DNA of 62,566 nt, filler included. It is 6 parts of 6 records of this genome, joined end to end, with 100 filler letters (N's around TTAATTAATTAA, not from the genome) between each part and the next. Parts side by side here need not be neighbours in the genome. Positions count along the whole stretch, not along the records: positions 36,270 to 42,787 come from SRR2962707_567; positions 42,888 to 49,038 come from SRR2962707_568; positions 49,139 to 55,342 come from SRR2962707_569; 3 more parts are not named here. One strand, 5' to 3'. The notes under the pieces were generated by a model that was not told the DNA's origin, searched no databases, and saw nothing but the letters and a program-made list of their open reading frames with translations. Of this stretch, positions 37,957-49,600 are shown in pieces. How positions within the stretch are numbered: position 1 is the first letter of the stretch; every line of letters starts with the position of its first letter. Both the position numbers and the translations under genes were made by a program.

Positions 37957-39210
37957 ATCGCTTGGACCAAAACACTGGCTGCATTTTTCGCAGTGACCCT
38001 TTTGGGCGCGCCTATCGCCCAGGCTGAACATCTTGTCGTATTTCACGACTGGCGATCACCGGCCGAACTGGCGGCGCTCAATGTGTTGCGCCACGCGGTC
38101 GAGGACAATGGCGACCAATGGGTGCCGCTGGCCATTCCGCACGACACCAATGCCAACACCACCGTGCTGGACCTGATCGCGCTGGGCACCAGCCCCAATG
38201 TCTTCCTGCACATGCCGCCGGCGATCTATCGCACTCTCCACAAGCGCCAAAAACTGCTCTCGCTCGATGCCCAGTTTGCCGCCAATGGCCTGCTCGAGAA
38301 CCTGCCCGAAGTGGTGCGCGATACCATCACCATTGATGGCCGCATTCTCAAGGTGCCCGCCACTATCCACGCCGATGCCACCATCTTTTACAACCATGCC
38401 ATCGCCGCCGAAATCGGCATCGACCCGCGAGACTGGACCAGTCTGGACGCCATGTGGCGCGATATGGAAGCGGCTCGCGATGCCGGATACCTGCCGCTCG
38501 CCATCGGCGCGCAAACTTGGCAGATCGGCTATCTGATCCACTCCCTGGTCGCCACCCTGGGCGGTCCCGACCTCTATCAGGCCCTCTATGGTGCGACCCC
38601 CGACAAGGCCGCACTCGATGATCCAGACCTGGCCGAGGTGTTTGTCTGGCTGCGCCGTTTCCAGCAGGCCGCCGATCCTGGCGCGCGCGACCGAGACTGG
38701 AACGTCGCCACCAATATGGTGATTTCGGGCCAGGCACTGATGCAGATCCAGGGCGACTGGATGAAGGGCGAATGGCGTGCCGCGGGCAAGCAACTCGACA
38801 CCGACTATGGCTGCATGTTGCTGCCCGGCGCCAGGGCCCTGCCGGTCACCATCGATAGCTGGGGCCTGATGAATGCCACGACGCCGGCCATGAACAAGGC
38901 CGTCCGCGCCTTTGCCGACGCTGTGGTTGACCCAGCCAATCAGGCCGCCTTTGCCGCCGCCAAGGGGTCCACCCCGATCCGCTTTGATGCCCAGGGCACT
39001 GTCGACCCTTGCTCGGGCATGCTCTTGAGCGCACTGGACCGCCCCCGGTTTGCCCTGCCGACGCCGCATCTGACCGCCCGGGCCGACTGGATCGAGCAGA
39101 TCTGGGCCACCAGCCAGGCATTCTGGAGCGATGAAACCATGCAGCCCCAGACTGCCATTGCCCAACTCAAGGCGAACTGGAACGCTCCACCAGGCGCGGC
39201 CGTGCAATAG
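37957..39210 (+). CDS. Sugar ABC substrate-binding protein (family 1), orphan; apparent ATC start
   Basis: GGGAGG 8 nt before in-frame ATC giving signal (M)AWTKTLAAFFAVTLLGAPIAQA; HDW.S.AE.AAL, RDWNVATNMVISG, QIQGDWMKGE, KGSTPIR. Confidence 0.8.
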   Translation: MAWTKTLAAFFAVTLLGAPIAQAEHLVVFHDWRSPAELAALNVLRHAVEDNGDQWVPLAIPHDTNANTTVLDLIALGTSPNVFLHMPPAIYRTLHKRQKLLSLDAQFAANGLLENLPEVVRDTITIDGRILKVPATIHADATIFYNHAIAAEIGIDPRDWTSLDAMWRDMEAARDAGYLPLAIGAQTWQIGYLIHSLVATLGGPDLYQALYGATPDKAALDDPDLAEVFVWLRRFQQAADPGARDRDWNVATNMVISGQALMQIQGDWMKGEWRAAGKQLDTDYGCMLLPGARALPVTIDSWGLMNATTPAMNKAVRAFADAVVDPANQAAFAAAKGSTPIRFDAQGTVDPCSGMLLSALDRPRFALPTPHLTARADWIEQIWATSQAFWSDETMQPQTAIAQLKANWNAPPGAAVQ

Positions 39211-39439
39211 AGCCGGCCCCGAAGTTAAGCAGGGATTCACTCTGGCCAACGGAAATGTGGCGCATACGGACAAGTACGGCCCAACAGCAATACCATCTTA
39301 ACCGGCCTGCTGTTGACTGATCACAAGCAAAGGGCCGCCAATTCCGGCGTATCTAGACCACGAGCCGTCAGTTGACGGTATCCACAGACCCGATCCGGAC
39401 TGCTACTAGCGCCGGAAATCGGGGAATTAGGAACGGGCA

Positions 39440-41752
39440 ATGGTGTTTGAAGCCGCCCACAAGATTCTGCCGCCAGTAGACTATGTGTCCATGATCCGCT
39501 CCCTGTATGCGGATCGACGCTCGATGCTGTTTGGCGCTTTTGGCTCCGCGCTGGCTGCTGCCGTCGCGGCCCTTGAAGCACGTTCCATGATCCTGGGCGC
39601 TTTTGTTGGCCTGTTCATTCTGGTCGGGCTGGTGCGTAATGCCGATATGCGCGCCTTTGACGCCGTTCAACTCTCCGACACCAATGTCCGTCTTGCCCTG
39701 CATTGGGAAATCCGCGCCACCATTGGCGCCGCCGCCATCGCCCTGATCTACGGAACATGGTGCATGGTCAGCTTCTGGCTGGTCGATGACCCCTTTGCCG
39801 AACTGACCGCCGCCTCGGTCTCGGTCTCGGTGCTGGTGGGCGTGTCGCAGCGCAATTTTGCCATCGACCGGCTGATGACCATCCAGGTCTTGCTCATTGC
39901 CGTGCCGCTGGCCCTCGGCCTGTTGCTGGTTGGCAATATCTATTACGCCCTGCTGACCCTGCTGCTATTGCCCTTCTTTGCCAGTCTGCGCCGCATTGCC
40001 GGCAGCGCTCGCCAGATTCTACTGCGCGCTGTACATGGTCGCCTTGCTGCCTCTGCTCTCGCCACTCAGCTCGATACCGCCCTGACCACGCTGGAACACG
40101 GCCTGATGATGCTCGACAATGCGGGCACCATCGAGGTGGCCAATGGTCAGGCCCTGCAGGCCTTTAACCTGCCCAATTCCCAAAGCTGGATCGGCCGCCC
40201 CGCCAGCGAACTGTTCGACGTGGCTGTCGACAGCCAGGCCATGCCCAAGGCGGCGCGCGATCAATTAGGCTCGCTGATTGCCGCCCATTCCAGCGGCAAG
40301 CTCTTGCTCAGTGTGCGACCCGGCCGGCACTTTGAAGTTTCGGTATCCTCGCGCGGTCCCAAGACCGTTTTGCTGTTTGAAGACATTTCGGCCCGCATCA
40401 TCGCTGAAGAGCGCATGAGCTATATGGCGCGTTATGACGCGCTGACCAACCTGCCCAATCGCGCCTATTTTGCCCAGCAGGTTGAGGCCATTCTGCGCGA
40501 ACGGCGTGAAACCGGACACCCCACCCATGTGGCGCTGTGGATCGTGGACGTCGACGACTTCAAGCACATCAATGATACAATGGGTCATATCGCCGGCGAC
40601 AGCGTCCTGGCCGAAATGGGCCGCCGCCTGCCTCTGGCATTCGGCGAAAACGCCATCTGCGCCAGACTTGGCGGCGACGAGTTCATCGCCTTCCGCGCCG
40701 ACGGCATCGCCCCGCAATTCCTGGCCGAACGCTCCGAACACGTGCTGGCCAGCATGGGTGCCGAAATGCGCCTGCCCGACCGCAGCATGGTGGTCGATGT
40801 CAGTATCGGCATGGTGATCAGCGAGAATAGTGGCGACGATCTGGAAAGCCTTATGGTCAAGGCCGACCTGGCCATCTACGCCGCCAAGGGCACCGGCAAG
40901 GCCAAGGTTGTGCAGTTCCACGAGCGCATGGACACCGAGTACCAGCTGCGCCAGCAACTCAAGCAGGACCTCAAGCAGGCCATTGCAGGGGGCGAGATCA
41001 CCCTGGCCTATCAGGCAGTGGTCGATCCCCGGAAAAACCGCATTGTCGGCTGTGAAGCGCTGGCGCGCTGGGACCATCCCGAACTGGGGCCGATTTCGCC
41101 GGCCCTGTTCATTCCCATTGCCGAAGAAACTGGCCTGATCACCGATCTGACCCGTGCCGTTCTGGCCATGGCAACCCGCGACTGCAACACCTGGCCCGGC
41201 GACACCACGATTGCCGTCAACCTCTCGGCCCGCGACTTCCGGGCGTGCAATGTGGAATCCATGGTCCTTGACGCCATCAAGGTCTCGGGCCTGCCGCACC
41301 ATCGCCTCGAAATCGAGGTTACAGAGTCAGCTGTCATCGAGGAACGCGAAGCCGCCACCATGGCGCTGGCCGCCCTGTGCCGTAAGGGCGTGGGCGTGGC
41401 GCTTGATGATTTTGGCACCGGCTATTCGTCGCTGAGCTACCTTCAGGCCTTACCCCTGACCAAGCTCAAGATCGACCGCAGCTTTGTAATCGACATCGAA
41501 GCCGATCCCCAGGCTCTGCGCCTGCTGGCCAATGTTGCCCAGCTGGGCAAGGACCTCGATCTCAAGATCACGGTCGAAGGGGTTGAGACCGAAGGACAGC
41601 TCAACCTGCTGACCTCACAGACCAAAATCGATCAGATCCAGGGCTTTGTCTATGGTCCGCCGCTCAATCTGGAGGCCATGACCCGGTTGCTGCAGGCCCA
41701 TCATCGCAGCGACCTCAAACCCATTGCCAAGCGCGCCGGCGCCCGCCACTGA
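39440..41752 (+). CDS. Membrane-anchored PAS-like/GGDEF/EAL diguanylate cyclase-phosphodiesterase
   Basis: N-terminal TM bundle; DALTNLPNR, FKHINDTMGH, ARLGGDEF, CEALARW, ALDDFGTGYSSLSYL, KIDRSF, VEGVET. Confidence 0.93.
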   Translation: MVFEAAHKILPPVDYVSMIRSLYADRRSMLFGAFGSALAAAVAALEARSMILGAFVGLFILVGLVRNADMRAFDAVQLSDTNVRLALHWEIRATIGAAAIALIYGTWCMVSFWLVDDPFAELTAASVSVSVLVGVSQRNFAIDRLMTIQVLLIAVPLALGLLLVGNIYYALLTLLLLPFFASLRRIAGSARQILLRAVHGRLAASALATQLDTALTTLEHGLMMLDNAGTIEVANGQALQAFNLPNSQSWIGRPASELFDVAVDSQAMPKAARDQLGSLIAAHSSGKLLLSVRPGRHFEVSVSSRGPKTVLLFEDISARIIAEERMSYMARYDALTNLPNRAYFAQQVEAILRERRETGHPTHVALWIVDVDDFKHINDTMGHIAGDSVLAEMGRRLPLAFGENAICARLGGDEFIAFRADGIAPQFLAERSEHVLASMGAEMRLPDRSMVVDVSIGMVISENSGDDLESLMVKADLAIYAAKGTGKAKVVQFHERMDTEYQLRQQLKQDLKQAIAGGEITLAYQAVVDPRKNRIVGCEALARWDHPELGPISPALFIPIAEETGLITDLTRAVLAMATRDCNTWPGDTTIAVNLSARDFRACNVESMVLDAIKVSGLPHHRLEIEVTESAVIEEREAATMALAALCRKGVGVALDDFGTGYSSLSYLQALPLTKLKIDRSFVIDIEADPQALRLLANVAQLGKDLDLKITVEGVETEGQLNLLTSQTKIDQIQGFVYGPPLNLEAMTRLLQAHHRSDLKPIAKRAGARH

Positions 41753-41796
41753 CCATGCGCTAAGTTCCCTCGATTAACCAAGAATACGCGTTCAGC

Positions 41797-41822
41797 TTAT
41801 AAAATGGTTAAGCAATTGTTAC
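41797..41822. promoter_or_regulatory. Tandem CtrA-like sites (TTAT-N7-TTAA-N7-TTAC)
   Basis: Half-sites at 41797, 41808, 41819, each pair one mismatch from TTAA-N7-TTAA; extra TTAACC at 41774. Confidence 0.5.
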
Positions 41823-41856
41823 CCTGTCCGTATCAGAGTGGGACAGTGAGCAATTC

Positions 41857-42639
41857 ATGGTTATCGACCCCGACAGTGCCGCTGCCGCCAAAGCCGGTAC
41901 ACCTTCCCGTTTCGCGGGCGCCCTGCTCGATATTCTCGACAAGGTGAGCTATGCCCGGGTTGATCCCGGCGTGATTGACGATCCCATCTACAAGCTCCGC
42001 TATCGCGCTTACACGCGCGAAGGGTTCATGGATCACAATCCCGAAGAGATCTGCATTGACGACCTTGATCGTGCACCCAATGCGATGAGCTTTGGCATCT
42101 ATATTGATGGCCAACTGGTCAGCTCGATCCGGCTGCACCTTCTGACAGCGACCCACCGTCGCTCACCCAGCATGAAGGTGTTCCCTGATGTGCTGGGGCC
42201 CATGCTTGACACCGGCCTGACCTTCATTGATCCCAGCCGCTTTACGGCCGATCACGAAGCCTCGCTGGCCTATCCGGCCCTGCCCTTCCTGACGCTGCGT
42301 ATTGCTGCCATGGCATCGGTGCAGTTTCAGGCCGATCAGTGTCTGGCACTCGTGCGCACCGAACATGGCGCCTTCTACAAGCGCGTGTTTGGCTCTGAGC
42401 GGCTGAGTGAGGAACGGACCTATCCCGATCTGCACTTCCCGGTCGCCCTGTTCTCGGCCAGCGTGGATTCGATCCGCTCGCGCGTGGCGCAGCGCTTTCC
42501 GTTCTTCCTCTCGACGCAGGCCGAGCGCCAGCAATTGTTCTCCCAGACTGTCTCCGACACCGACAATCGCCGCGTCGGCGCCTCGGCACGCCAGGCTTAC
42601 GAGACAGCCCTGTCCGCCCTGCAGGCAGAACCCTGCTGA
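41857..42639 (+). CDS. N-acyl amino acid synthase (FeeM-like, GNAT/AHL-synthase fold)
   Basis: IYKLRYRAYTREG...DDLD...FGIYIDGQLVSSIRLH...FIDPSRF...LALVRTEHGAFYKRVF. Confidence 0.8.
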   Translation: MVIDPDSAAAAKAGTPSRFAGALLDILDKVSYARVDPGVIDDPIYKLRYRAYTREGFMDHNPEEICIDDLDRAPNAMSFGIYIDGQLVSSIRLHLLTATHRRSPSMKVFPDVLGPMLDTGLTFIDPSRFTADHEASLAYPALPFLTLRIAAMASVQFQADQCLALVRTEHGAFYKRVFGSERLSEERTYPDLHFPVALFSASVDSIRSRVAQRFPFFLSTQAERQQLFSQTVSDTDNRRVGASARQAYETALSALQAEPC

Positions 42640-42887
42640 AACGGCGATGGCCATTTGCCTCGGGTCGTGACCTGCCCGGGGCATAATCACTCGACAAGAA
42701 GCACCGGCGGCTGAACCATCAGCAGCGGCACACGTGTCAGCCAGATCGTCAAAAGGGATGGTGCCGCATAGGTGACTCGAACACCTGNNNNNNNNNNNNN
42801 NNNNNNNNNNNNNNNNNNNNNNNNNNNNNNNTTAATTAATTAANNNNNNNNNNNNNNNNNNNNNNNNNNNNNNNNNNNNNNNNNNNN

Positions 42888-44952
42888 CTCCTCCTCCTCC
42901 TCATCCTCCTCCTCCGCCTCCTCGTCTCCGCCGTCTTTGTCGACGTCGTCGAAAAAGGCTGCCGCACGCGCCGGTCTGGGCGTGGCGAGACCTAGCTCGA
43001 CGGAGCATGTGCACGCCAGCGCGCTCTCTCATAGCACCATTCCAAATGCTGGGGACAGTAGCCACACTGTGTATGGCGACACGCGTGGAGCACGCGACAC
43101 TGCGTCATCTGGCCGGAACTTGGGGTCATCATCGTCGGCGGCGGCGGCACTGCCAGCAACGTCGGCCGCACCACCAACGGCTGCTGGCGTCGCTGTCGCA
43201 TCTGTCTCTGCCCTGGCATCCTCGTTCTCAGCGCCGTCGTTGTCGTCGTCCAACTCCTCCGTGTCCGCCACTTCCGCGCCCGTCCAGCCGCCCGGGCCCA
43301 CCCAGCACTCCCCGATCACGTCCAGTGGTACTCTCGCGTCGCTTTTGCGCTCCGCGGAACGCGAGCAACTGTTTTCACGGAACGCTCACAGGAGAGTTGG
43401 AAGTGTCAGCAGCGTCGGAAGTTTCAGCAGTATTGCAAGTGGTGCCAGCCTTAGTGACGATGACGAAGAAGACCAGGCCCTTGGTCGCAGCCCAAACTTT
43501 GGCAGGGGTGTGATTGGACTCCAAGACCTCAACCTCAGTTCCGACAGTGCCATGGCCAGACACCGATTCTATCCCGAGGACGACGGCATTCCCGAGCAGG
43601 CGCAGCACCCCACGTTCAACATCTTCGCACACTCGCGCGCGGCCAGCGATCGGCAGCAAGAGATTCAAGCTATAATGCGCGCTGCCCAGAAAAGGTCCAA
43701 GGTATGGAGCAACAATGTTTGTAGGCGCACGGAGTGTAGAGATAGGTGCAGGGACAGTCGACGGAAGACGCACAGACAGGCATTGAGCGGCTCATGTGTA
43801 CTGTGTGCCTGTGTACCTAGGAGGTTGCTGCAGTGCGGTCGCGAACCGGACCTGCTCAGCGTCCCATCGTGATTGTGACACCGCAAAACAGCCAATCCAG
43901 CGTCTGGTCAAAACCTGGCGCTGCTCCAACGCAGCCGGTGCGTATTGAATCCGATGGGAGAGAAGATGACTTGTGCAAATCCGTCGCGTCGGCATGTTTG
44001 GGTGCACGCGTTTCCTTTCCTGCTGGCCGCGGATGTTGGTTGATTTCTGTGGCGCCATGTCCATTCGCCTGCGTTTCCTTGTCTTGCGTGGTTGCTGTAG
44101 TTGGGTGCAGGCCGCTCCAAAACTCTCCTTGGGAGCGGACGCAGGAGCGGTAGAAGTGGTGATGGAGGTGGCAGCGGCAATGATTTCGGCATGAGTGGCG
44201 ACCCACTCCGCAGTCGAGCGGGACTCACCACCTCGCGCCCTGGCAGTCGGGATCTCATTGGCCGCGCAACCGCCGCCGCCGCCGCCGCTGCGACATCCCA
44301 TGCAGCGGCCACCGGAAATTCCATGATTGGTGGTGTGCCAGCGCCCTCAGCACATCAGCTGGTTAGGCAGCGAGCAGGAACTCCAGTGCCGCGAAAAGGC
44401 CGCGACAAGCCCTTTCGAAGGGTGACAACACCCGCTCGTGAACTCAAGAGCATCGGCAAAGCGAAGGACCAGGTTCGTCCCAAGCGGCACTCTCAAGCCC
44501 AGAGGAAAACACCGCCTGAGCCACGCAGCGCCATGAAAACAAGTCGCACCAAGTCGCCTGATCATGGCGTGCGCTTCCACAGCTCTTGCACAGAAACGTA
44601 CTTCAGCGAGGATGAAGCAGCAAGCACAATCCGGCGGTCCCCAAAGACGAAGGTGCCCTTGCATTTGCCAGTGGGCGCGCCCCTACGAGGCGCGGTTCGG
44701 GGCAGCCCAAGCGTAACTGGCGCAACTCCCAGCTACATGTACAGTTTGCAGGAGGCCCGGCAACACCGTCTCGATGAGCGAATGCACCAAGCGCGAGCCC
44801 ACCAGCAGCAGGAGCAGCAGGCAGCGCTTCAAGCGCGCCGCAGACGTCATGGTGCAAGGTCCGTTGTCGATGCGCTGCTGGCTGAGCGAGGCCATTTCGG
44901 ACTCGTTGCGGTCGCCACGGCAGGCGCGGGCAGTGGCAACGCACAGTTTTGA
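42888..44952 (+). CDS. Eukaryotic low-complexity Ser/Ala/Arg-rich protein, 5' incomplete; exons <42888-43701, 43821-43937, 44101-44952
   Basis: Introns GTATGG...TAG (43702-43820) and GTGCGT...TAG (43938-44100) join three track ORFs in phase 0. Confidence 0.65.
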
Positions 44953-45250
44953 CCCACCAAACACTCACGCCGCCGTCGAAGGGAAGACAATCACTCAATC
45001 TTCTTGATTTATTATTTATTTACTCACCCTGCACACACACACACACTCTCTCTCTGTCTCCCTCTCTCACTCACACACACATCTGCCGACCTGCACGTGC
45101 ACGTGCCGTTCCGATCGCGAGAGCAACCAACAGCTGGGCCACTCATGTAAAACATTGGACGGCGGCGCCTCGCAGCTGTGCTGCAGCACAAGCATCAGCT
45201 TCAAGCATGCGGAAGAGGTTGGCCGGCCGAGCACCGACCCGAGGGAGTGT

Positions 45251-48200
45251 TTAGCTCGAACCAGCTGTGTCTGCGGCTCCAGGCTTGGGCTTGGGCTTGA
45301 ACAGGCTGCCAAAGTCGATGGGCTTAATGACCAGCGGTTTGATCTTGAGTGGCGGCGCCGGCTTGATCTTCATGCGCTCCGTAATTTTCTTCACGTCCTG
45401 CCCGATGGCATCGCCTGCTTTCTTCATGTCTTCGCCCGCCTTCTTCATGTCCTCGCCCGCCTTCTTCATGTCCGCGCCCATCTTCTGAAAGCCAGTGTTC
45501 ATTTGCTGAAACGCATTGGCAAAAAACGACTTTGCATCATTCGGCTTTTGATCCTTTTTCGCAAAATGCCCCTTCATGCTGGGCCGCCGCCTGGCGTCCG
45601 CCGCGGACTGCTGCACGGCCGCATGGCCGTGGCGTTGCACCTTGAGCATTGCGTCGCGTTCCTCCGCCGTGATGATGCCAGCCTTGAATTGGTCCATGAT
45701 GACGCTCAATACGTGGTCGTGGTCGCCGTCATCGTCACCTGCGGTGGAGGCGGCGGGGCCCTCCTCTGCATCTTTGAAGTCGGCGTCCGAGACAGGAGCG
45801 TCCTTTGTCGCTGCTGACAGCGGCACTGTGGCGGCCGCCGCACTCAAGAGGGCGTCTTGCTGCGCCCGCTCTTCGGCCTCGCGCTCTCGACGTGCCCGTG
45901 CCGCTTTCGCCGCCTGCAGTTCAGCTGCGTGCCGCCGGCGCTCGGCTTCTGCACGCTCCGCCTTCGCTTTCGCGGCGGCGCGCTTCTGCTCCGCGGCACG
46001 TTGCTTCGCGGCCTGGGCCTCGGCCTCCGCCTTCGCAACCTCGGCGAGCCGTTCGAGCCGCTTCCGCTCTGCTTCTTGGCGCGCCGCCTCCTGACGCGCA
46101 GCCTCCTCGAGCGCAGCCTTCTCCCGTGCCTGACGAGCGGCTTCCTCGTCGGCGCGCCGTCTCTGGGCAGCTTTTTCGGCAGCCTCCTTTTCGACCGCGG
46201 CCTTTCGTTCGGCTTCCTCCGCTGCGCGTTTCGCTGCGAGCTGCGCCTGCTCAGCAGCTTTGCGTGCCTCCTCGGCCTTTCGTTCGGCCTCCTCCTCCTC
46301 GCGCCGTTCTTCTTCACGTTTCCGTTCAGCCTCGGCCTTTGCCCGCGCGGCAGCGGCTGCTGCCTTTTCCTGCGCTTCAGCTTCTGCGGCTTCACGCTGC
46401 TGCTTTTCCTCCTCACGCCGGCGCTGCTGTTCTTCTGCGATCTTCCGCCGGGCTTCCTCCTCTTGGGCCGCCTTCTCTGCGGCCTCACGCTGGCGCTTTG
46501 CCTCGGCAGCCTGCCGCTCGCGCTCCGCCGCAGCGAGTGCCTCGCGTTCTGCCTCGTCAGCCGCTGCTGCCGCTGCTTCTTTTGCAGCCTTTCGCGCCCG
46601 GCGCTCCTTCTCCTCTTCCGCGGCCCGTTCCTCCGCAGCCTTCCGAGCTCGCTCGGCCTCCGCAGCCTCCTCGGCCATTCGCAGGGCCTCCTCTTGTTTC
46701 GCCAGCTTCTGGGCTTCTCTGTCGGCAGCCTCCTTACGCTGGCGCTCCTCCTCCTCAGCGGCCTTCGCTTCCTCCTCAGCCAATCGGAGGGCCTCCGCGC
46801 GTTTCTCGGCGAGGCGTTTCCGCTCCTCTTCCTCGGCGGCCAGCTCCCGCAGCTTTCGTTCGGCTTCCAAGCGCTCCTGCTCGGCCTTCACCCGCTCCCG
46901 CTCCGCTTCGGCCAAGCGCGCTGCCTCTGCCTCCTCTTCTTGTCGCCGAGCCGCCGCGGCGGCAGCTTCTTGCTTGGCAGCTTCGTCGCGTTGCCGTTCC
47001 ACCTCTGCCGCCGCTGCTGCCACGCGCTCAGCTTCGGCTCGCTCGGCCTCGATGCGGGCGTTTTCGATTGCTTCCAAGCGTCGCTTTTCAGCCGCCTGTG
47101 TCGAACGACAATGCAACGTTGGTGCGCGCCAGTCGTCCAAACTGCACGCGAGGCAGGCAGCAAATGCAGTGCGAGACACACGACAAGCACAGTGGACGGA
47201 CCCACCTCCTCTTCCGCCAGGCGACGCTCCTCCTCTTCGGCAGCAGCCTTCTCGGCCTCGAGGCGCTTGAGCTCCGCCTCTTCCTTGGCAATGCGCTCCT
47301 CCTCAAACCGGCGCTTCTCCTCTTCAAATTGCCGCCGCTCGGCCTCCAGGCGTTCCTTCTCTGCCCGCAGCTTGGCTTCCTCCGCTTCCTTGGCCCGCTG
47401 GCGCTCTTTCCTGGCTTCCTCCTCCTTGGCCTCTTGCTGTTGCATCCGCTCGGCTGCCTCGGCTGCCTCAGCTGCCTGGCGCTTCCGCTCTGCCTCTTCT
47501 TGCTGCCGAGCCTTCTCCCTCGCTTGTTCTGCCTCTTCCTCCTGCGCCGCCGCCGCCGCCTCCTCCTCCTCCTCTTTTTGGCGCAATCGAGCTTGTTCCG
47601 CCTCCCACGCAGCGTCTTCGTCCTCGCCGACGTCGGTGCTCGCAGCGTTGTTGTTGCTGCCCGCTGCCGCTTCTGCCTCCTCGTCCTCAAGCTCCTCTGC
47701 GCTGTCGTCGCTGCCTCCAAAGGCGTTCATGAATGCCGCGCGGCCCCCGTCCGTCGCCTGGGGACTGCGGCGTGCGAGGCTGGGAATCGACGAGTTCTGC
47801 AACTTGGCTTTGCTGCGTAGGAGGTTCGCGTCGCGGTCGCGCACGTGGTCGGAGGCGGACTTGTGGGATGACGACAACGATGACGAGGTGGATGAGGAGG
47901 ATGCATCTGGCGCTGCTGCACTCGCGAGGCCGCCGCCACCGCCGCTGCTGCTGCTGCTCGTCTTGTCCGCGCCGCCGTCGGCGCGTTGTGGGCCAGCAAT
48001 TGCGCGGTCAATGACGTCCTTGAGGGCACTGTGCCACGACCTGGCTGCGCTGGGTGTAGAGGCCCTCAAGAAGAGGATGCGGTCGCGGTTGACAATGCGG
48101 AAGGTCTTGGTGGTGGACGACGAGGTGGCTTCGCCCCGCTGCCAACCCAGGAACAGTCGCGACTTGGCGTTCACGGGCAGCGAGCCCTTGGTCTTCTTGG

Positions 48201-48396
48201 ACTTTTTGTTTTCAGAGTACACCACCGTCACGCCTCCTCCTCCGCCACCACCACCACCGCCCTCGTTGTGCAGCAGCCGCACGTAGCGCTTCTTCTCCGT
48301 CAACTTCTTGGGGTCGGTGTCGCCATTCTGCCCGCCGCCAGTCTTGTAGAGCTCCCCCTCGCACAGAATGGTGCACCCCGGCTTCGTCCACTCCAT
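45251..48396 (-). CDS. Eukaryotic PH-domain protein with long E/R/K/A charged helix; exons 48396-47206 and 47095-45251 (about 1011 aa)
   Basis: CEGELYK...KKRYVRL...YSENK...KGSL...FRIV...LFLRA...RSWHSAL (PH); phase-0 intron GTGGGT...CACAG at 47205-47096. Confidence 0.85.
45419..45480. repeat. Coding 21-bp tandem repeat (DMKKAGE x3)
   Basis: Units of the form cttcttcatgtcYtcgcccgc, third unit diverged. Confidence 0.8.
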
Positions 48397-48449
48397 TGTG
48401 AGCGCGTGAGCCCGTGAGCGTGAGCGGGAGGCTGGAAGCAGTTACCAAG

Positions 48450-49038
48450 CGAAACCAAACCGAAACGCAGCGAAACGAAACGAAACGCACGCTCTCACTC
48501 ACTCACTCACTCAACCAACCAACCAACTTGCCAGCCAGCCGGGTGGAGCCGCCTTGTGCTGCTGCTGATGATGATGACGATTGCTGTTGATTGCTGTTGA
48601 TTGCTGTGGGGAGTAGCAAGTTGCGTCTTGAATTCTGACGGCAGAGAAACCAAGAATTTCTGCGAGCGAGAGAGAAAAATAAAAATAAAAAAAAAGCAGC
48701 AGCAGCGACAGAAGAAGAGACAAGCGAAAAGGTCCGAGGTCGCAAGGATGCCACGCGCAGCAAGCAAGCAAGCGTTCAGGCAGGCAGGCAGGCATTCAAG
48801 GCCTACAACACACACGGCATACACACACAGGGGGGGCAAGCACATACAACAATACATACATGACATACAACATGCATACACTTACATACACTTACTACAT
48901 GCATACACTTACATACATACATGACAACTTACATACACTTACTTACACTCACATACATACATGGCATTACAACATTCACGCCTGGCGTACAGTGTCGACA
49001 CTGAACGCCCACTGAGCTTCGGGAGAGAGAGAGAGAGA
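48450..49038. repeat. Compound microsatellites (GAAAC, CACT, AACC, CAGG, ACAT, GA)
   Basis: Visible simple repeats upstream of the PH gene; contig ends in (GA)n. Confidence 0.85.
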
Positions 49039-49600
49039 NNNNNNNNNNNNNNNNNNNNNNNNNNNNNNNNNNNNNNNNNNNNTTAATTAATTAANNNNNN
49101 NNNNNNNNNNNNNNNNNNNNNNNNNNNNNNNNNNNNNNTAGATCTACAGGCTGTTGTGATGCGACAAGTGGTGGATTTCGTATTATTTCGTACAGGCTGC
49201 AGCAAGCTAGTTCCAAAGGATCGTTGTACACGCTGCTGTCTACTTTGGTCGCTTTTCGTGCATTATCGTGCAAGTTGAGCCTCTCTCTCTTCTCTGCTTT
49301 TTGCAACAGGTGCAATGTGTGATTGATGATGTGCCGACCCTCTCTTGCCGGCGTTGGCTCCCTCTCAATTGTCAAGCTGGTTGATGAAAGTAATTAAAAA
49401 ACAATGACGCCATTGGTACGGAACGGCAAAGCGTATCCTCAGCCAGTGACCTGATGCAGAGCAAGAACGTTTCTTTCGTGGACAGTTGTGGTTCACTGCT
49501 ATTTATTTGAACAAAGTAGTGCGCAAATTGGCATGCGATTTGTAAAGCAAAACACTTTTAGTATTTTAGTTGAAGCACACCACCCCGTGAACCCAAAGTG

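Noticed and set aside
42687-42787. Possible 3' end of a minus-strand gene (GVRVTYAAPSLLTIW...VE*)
   Set aside because: Too short to support or identify
45805-48286. Long + strand ORFs (671, 809 aa)
   Set aside because: Antisense shadows of the stop-poor, low-complexity ER/K gene
49139-49400. Possible last exons of a + strand eukaryotic gene (pyrimidine tract then CAG near 49309)
   Set aside because: No recognisable protein or confident frame
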